DNA from: Mobula hypostoma
Lineage: Eukaryota
Assembly: GCF_963921235.1 (NCBI RefSeq)
Contig: NC_086108.1
Span: forward strand, 91,204,001-91,268,000
Length of the DNA stretch: 64,000 bases
Reading direction: 5' to 3'
A model generated the notes under the pieces. It did no database searches and was not told where the DNA came from. It saw only the letters and a program-made list of their open reading frames with translations. This document shows, piece after piece, positions 60,100 to 64,000 of the stretch (position 1 is its first letter; each line of letters opens with the position of its first letter). The translations under genes and the position numbers were made by a program.

Positions 60100-60480
60100 C
60101 ATACATGCGGAGTCCAGGTCATTGAGTATATTTAAAATGGAGGTTGGTAGGTTCTTGATTAGTCAGAGTGTCAAAGGTTATGGAAGAAGTCAGGAGAAAG
60201 AGGCTGAGAGGGAAAAGTAAATCAGCCATGATCAGACTCGAGGATATATGGAATGCTCTGCCCCAGAAGGCTGTGGAGGCTGAGTCTCTGGATGCTTTCA
60301 AGAAAGAGATGGATAGAGCTCTTAAAGATAGTGGAATCAAAGGTTATGGGGATAAGGCAGGAACTGGATACTGATTGTGGATGATCAGCCATGATCACAG
60401 TGAATGGCCTACTCCTGCACCTATTGTCTTTTGTCTATTGATCCAAATGGCCTAATTTGGCTCCTGTGTCTTATGGTCTA
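60100..60480 (+). mobile_element. CR1 3' tail with a younger ~200-bp CR1 tail (about 60241-60440) nested in it
   Basis: The inner piece nearly matches 45500-45716; the outer tail resumes at 'ccaaatggcctaatt'. Confidence 0.8.
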
Positions 60481-61578
60481 ATCATCTTATGGGAAGTGGT
60501 ATCTATTATCCTATTTGCATTTGTAGCAAATTAAAACACATATACGTAGATAAATGTAATCAGAAAATTACATGGATGAGCAGATGGCTGGAAGTGAATT
60601 ACCGATGCACGTAAGACTGCGTGATGTTTTGGATCCAGTATGTTCATGAGTGGCACAGTAATGAGAACACATTCAAATCCCAAAACCAATAACTAACATC
60701 ACACACATCTGGAATTCAGCCCCAATTGTCCTGTTATTTTGTGCAACGTAAACAGGATACTCTATATTCCATCATAACAAAGATACGAAAGTACACAGAA
60801 ATAAGAGTGCTGCTTAGGAAGCCAGTAATAGGGATGAATAATGAGCAACTGATGTTTGTGTTATAAAGAAAAGGGAATGCTCTGTTTGTTTTCTGATGTA
60901 TAGACTACTGACATACAGGATTATGTGTATAAATTTCCAGTGAAAATTCAACATAAATGTAAGTATTTTTCTAATACATGGAGTCTTAGAACTACAAGTT
61001 CTAATTTGTAGTTTATGCTTCACTGTTACAGATTATGAAAATAAGCATTAAGGGCAAAGGAGGGGAAAAATCATGAAAATGTACAAGGGAGCTTGATCAA
61101 TATGTGTGAGATTCAGATTAAGAATGCCCTTTGTGAGCTGTGGCTGCCATTATGACAACACAAGTATGAGTTGCTGTGGGTGTCAAATTAGCGATAGCAT
61201 TAGTGACTATGGACTATCAATTCCCCAAAACTATGCAAAAATGTAGACCATCTCTGAAATGATGCTGCTATGAGTTTGGAACTGTATACTCCTGCTAAAG
61301 TTCTTCCTTTAACAAGCACATGTTAACAAATGTTAAAACAATAGGAAGGAAGATCTTGAACTCTTCTTAGAGCAATCTTTAACTAAATACAGGATAATAG
61401 CTAAGTGGATATTATTGCTGAGCATCTACACATGTTCGAGGAACTTGGAGTGTTTTCAACTCTCCGTAGTCTATATATCATAGAGTTTTTATATGCCTTC
61501 ATTAAAGGAGACTAAATGGATGACTTTGTTTTCCCAAGTCCTTGCTAATTTAAAAGTCAGTCATTTACAATAATCAAT

Positions 61579-61873
61579 AACTCCACCATGGACAGTCCCA
61601 ATTCCAGCTGCAAAAGGAGGAGAGTTGACTATGGGGCTTGCAATCCCATCCCTTAAATACCCAGAGCTACAGAAATGCCAACAGAAGTTACGAAGACCTC
61701 AAACTTGGGAGAGAAAGGATCTTTGCCTAGAAGGCATATGAAGTTGTGTGTGAAAGGAGATGCCACGGGGTCAATCAAACTTCTATCGGTCCAGGACAGA
61801 AGACACACTCCAATATGGGTGATAGGCTTAAGAAGAAGATATGCTACTTTCAATGGATTCAGATAATTGCCAT
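61579..61873 (+). mobile_element. Bipartite RTE-derived short element
   Basis: Same 5' motif and 'caggacaga...gtgataggcttaagaagaaga' end as 32203-32453. Confidence 0.75.
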
Positions 61874-62970
61874 CGTGGCTTGCTGAGTGAAGAAAGTCTG
61901 AAGAAAGTGGTATCACCAACAATAATCTCTTAGCGCACTGGAAATAGAAGAGATAGCCGATGCTGGAATCTGGAGGAAAACACAAAATTCATCTGGTCAG
62001 GCAGCATCTATGGAGGGAAATGGGCAGTCTATGTTTTGGCTGAGACTCCATTGAAAATGTCTGCTGACAATTCACAAAAAGGATAGAAATAATGTAAATA
62101 AAGAAATGTCTTAAGAAGTGACAGCTGTTGCAGGTTTGTTGAACATAAGGCTTGACTAAGTTCTTGACTGACTAATTTGGCTGAAAACCATGCAGAATTA
62201 ACAGAATAATTTAATGACTGTAGTGCAGTTGATGATGCGTGTGTGGATTTTCTGAAGTGTTTGATACAATATATTTTAAGGCACATTAGTAATTTTAAAC
62301 TCTGTGGGATACAAGGGGACATGTAAATCTAGAATGGAAATTTGTTTGAAGATGGTAAATAGAGAGTATTGTGTCTGTACAACTACATATCAAATAAATA
62401 AAGGCTCGTGCTTGGAAATGAAGTTAACTTGTATACTCGCGTTGCAGAGAGCAACAAATCAAAGCACATGGGTAAGTTATCAGTCAATAACTAGCACTAA
62501 GTGGAATCATTGTGCTAAAAGAAATAGATCTGTACACTACACTTCCTCCCCCTTCAGATTAACGTAACATAAAACTGTATATGTAACAAAACATTCAACT
62601 TCCCTTTAGCAGACTATATTCAAATAAACAAGCTTTCACAACAAAAGTGTTTGCTTGATATATTTTTAAATAACAGTCCATAACTAACTTCACTATACTA
62701 AAGATTCAGTCTTTTGGGGGGCACTCAGGATAGCACTTCTGGACCTGTGGAGTGGCATCAGGTTTTGCAGGTGTCTTCTCAAAGACAGCTTTCTCTGTTG
62801 GAGGTGTCATGTTGCTGTTAGTAACATGATCATCACTGAGAGGTAAGTCCAGTGAATGCAATGTGTCTGTCTTGTTGGATGCAGACAGCCGAGGTGTGTT
62901 CTATGGCTGGGCATCTAGTATCTGGTCCCCATGATGTCTCCTTGTATGATCTCCAGCATCCACTGTGTAC

Positions 62971-63835
62971 CTCAAAGATCTCAACCCTGGGAGATGAAGG
63001 ATTTTCACCTAGAAGATGTATTAGATTAGATTAGATTATGAGGACACTCAGTCCTTGTTTATTGTCATTGTCAAAATGATACAATTTTCCTCTAGTATGA
63101 TATCACAGAAACACAGGACAGACCAAGACTAAAACTGACAAAAACCACGTAATTATAACATATAGTTACAACAGTGCAAAACAATACCGTTTGATAATAC
63201 AGCAATACCGTAATTTGATAAGAGCGGACCATGGGCACGGTAAAAAAAAGTTCTCAAAGTCCCGATAGCCCCAACATCTCACGCAGACGGTGGAAAGGAG
63301 AAACTCTCCCTGCCATGAGCCTCCAGCACCGGAAACTTACCGATGCAGCATCCTGGAAGCACCGACCACAGTCCGACTCTGAGTCCGTCCGAAAAACTTC
63401 GAGCCTCCGACCAACCCTCCAACACCGAGCACCAAGCACCATCTCTGCTGAGTGCTTCGACCCTGCCCTGGCCGCCGAGCAACAAGCAAAGCCGAGGACT
63501 CGGGGCCTTCCCCTCCGGAGATTTCGGATCACACAGAAGCAGCGGCAGCAAAACAGGCATTTCAGAAGTTTCACCAGATGTTCCTCCGTGCTCTCACGTC
63601 TGCCTCCATCAAATTAGGATTGTGCATGGCACCCTACTTGACAAGTAACAGATATTCATCACCAGATTGGCCGCATGCGCTGTGTTGCACCACCATCACT
63701 GGAGTCGTGTGAGAAAGTAGAAGCCACAGGGTCAATCAAACTTCTATCGACCCAGGACAGAGGATATGCTCCAATATGGGAGATAGGCTTAAGAAGAAGA
63801 TACATTATAATCAATAGATTCAGGTCAGTGCTATC
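62971..63835 (+). mobile_element. RTE-derived short element (62971-63020 plus about 63698-63835) inserted in Gypsy and split by a Rex-related element
   Basis: Both pieces align in order to 61690-61873. Confidence 0.75.
63021..63697 (-). mobile_element. Short non-autonomous Rex1-related element
   Basis: (ttaga)n tail with tttattgtcatt; GC-rich body; decayed 'gatggtggtgc' head; no RT. Confidence 0.6.
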
Positions 63836-64000
63836 TGTGGTCCAGTTCTTGTAGCTATTCTACCGGGTGTCCACTGTCTTCTCGGTAATCACACGTTAGG
63901 TCCAATCTCAAAGCTCCTTGCTGATTTACTTGTCAACTGGCTGAACTGTTTATTCTGCACTTCTTCTGTAGATCTGGTTTCACGACATCTATGCAAGACC

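Larger units (their letters stand above)
62367..64000 (-). mobile_element. Gypsy LTR retrotransposon 3' part: integrase C-terminus, PPT, short 3' LTR (about 62367-62541)
   Basis: WTPGRIATRTGP, YTVDAGDHTRRHHGDQI and CYPECPPKRLNL on the minus strand; PPT aagggggaggaag at 62542-62554 followed by TGT. Confidence 0.8.

Noticed and set aside
63231..63712. Several 86-128 aa ORFs
   Set aside because: They lie in the GC-rich body of a short Rex-related repeat and are open on both strands, as expected from composition.
12280..64000. Terminal exons of PTBP2, expected on the opposite strand by synteny
   Set aside because: I saw no RRM-like coding exon in the unique segments; the gene is probably beyond the window.

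Overview
This is eukaryotic DNA, almost certainly from a cartilaginous fish and probably a ray. The inference rests on the repeat families: CR1/HER1-like LINEs, Rex1/Babar LINEs, V-domain and Deu-domain SINEs, Penelope elements, Gypsy LTRs and Tc1/Tigger/hAT transposons. Most of the window is nested, decayed transposable elements, and nearly every ORF in the supplied track is TE-derived or spurious. The one host gene segment I can support is missing from the ORF track: the terminal coding exon of dihydropyrimidine dehydrogenase (DPYD) at 10582-10740 (+), with its 4Fe-4S motif [12 protein letters not shown] and a TE-free 3' UTR. Bases 1-10581 are therefore the last intron, and the ~52 kb after the UTR looks intergenic. 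The most notable observations are: (1) the DPYD C-terminus is cut short by tandem TAA TAA stops, with the ancestral V-C-stop still in frame behind them; (2) a family of ~130-145 bp Penelope-derived insertions headed by minimal hammerhead ribozyme motifs, plus large fold-back Penelope structures; (3) a bipartite RTE-derived short element with a structured 5' end; (4) several multi-level nested insertions whose order can be read from target-site duplications (TSDs); (5) a ~240 bp palindrome inside a Tigger-like transposon. I found no CRISPR array and no convincing new protein-coding system. Repeat-family names come from motif recognition, not database searches, and boundaries of old repeats are approximate.
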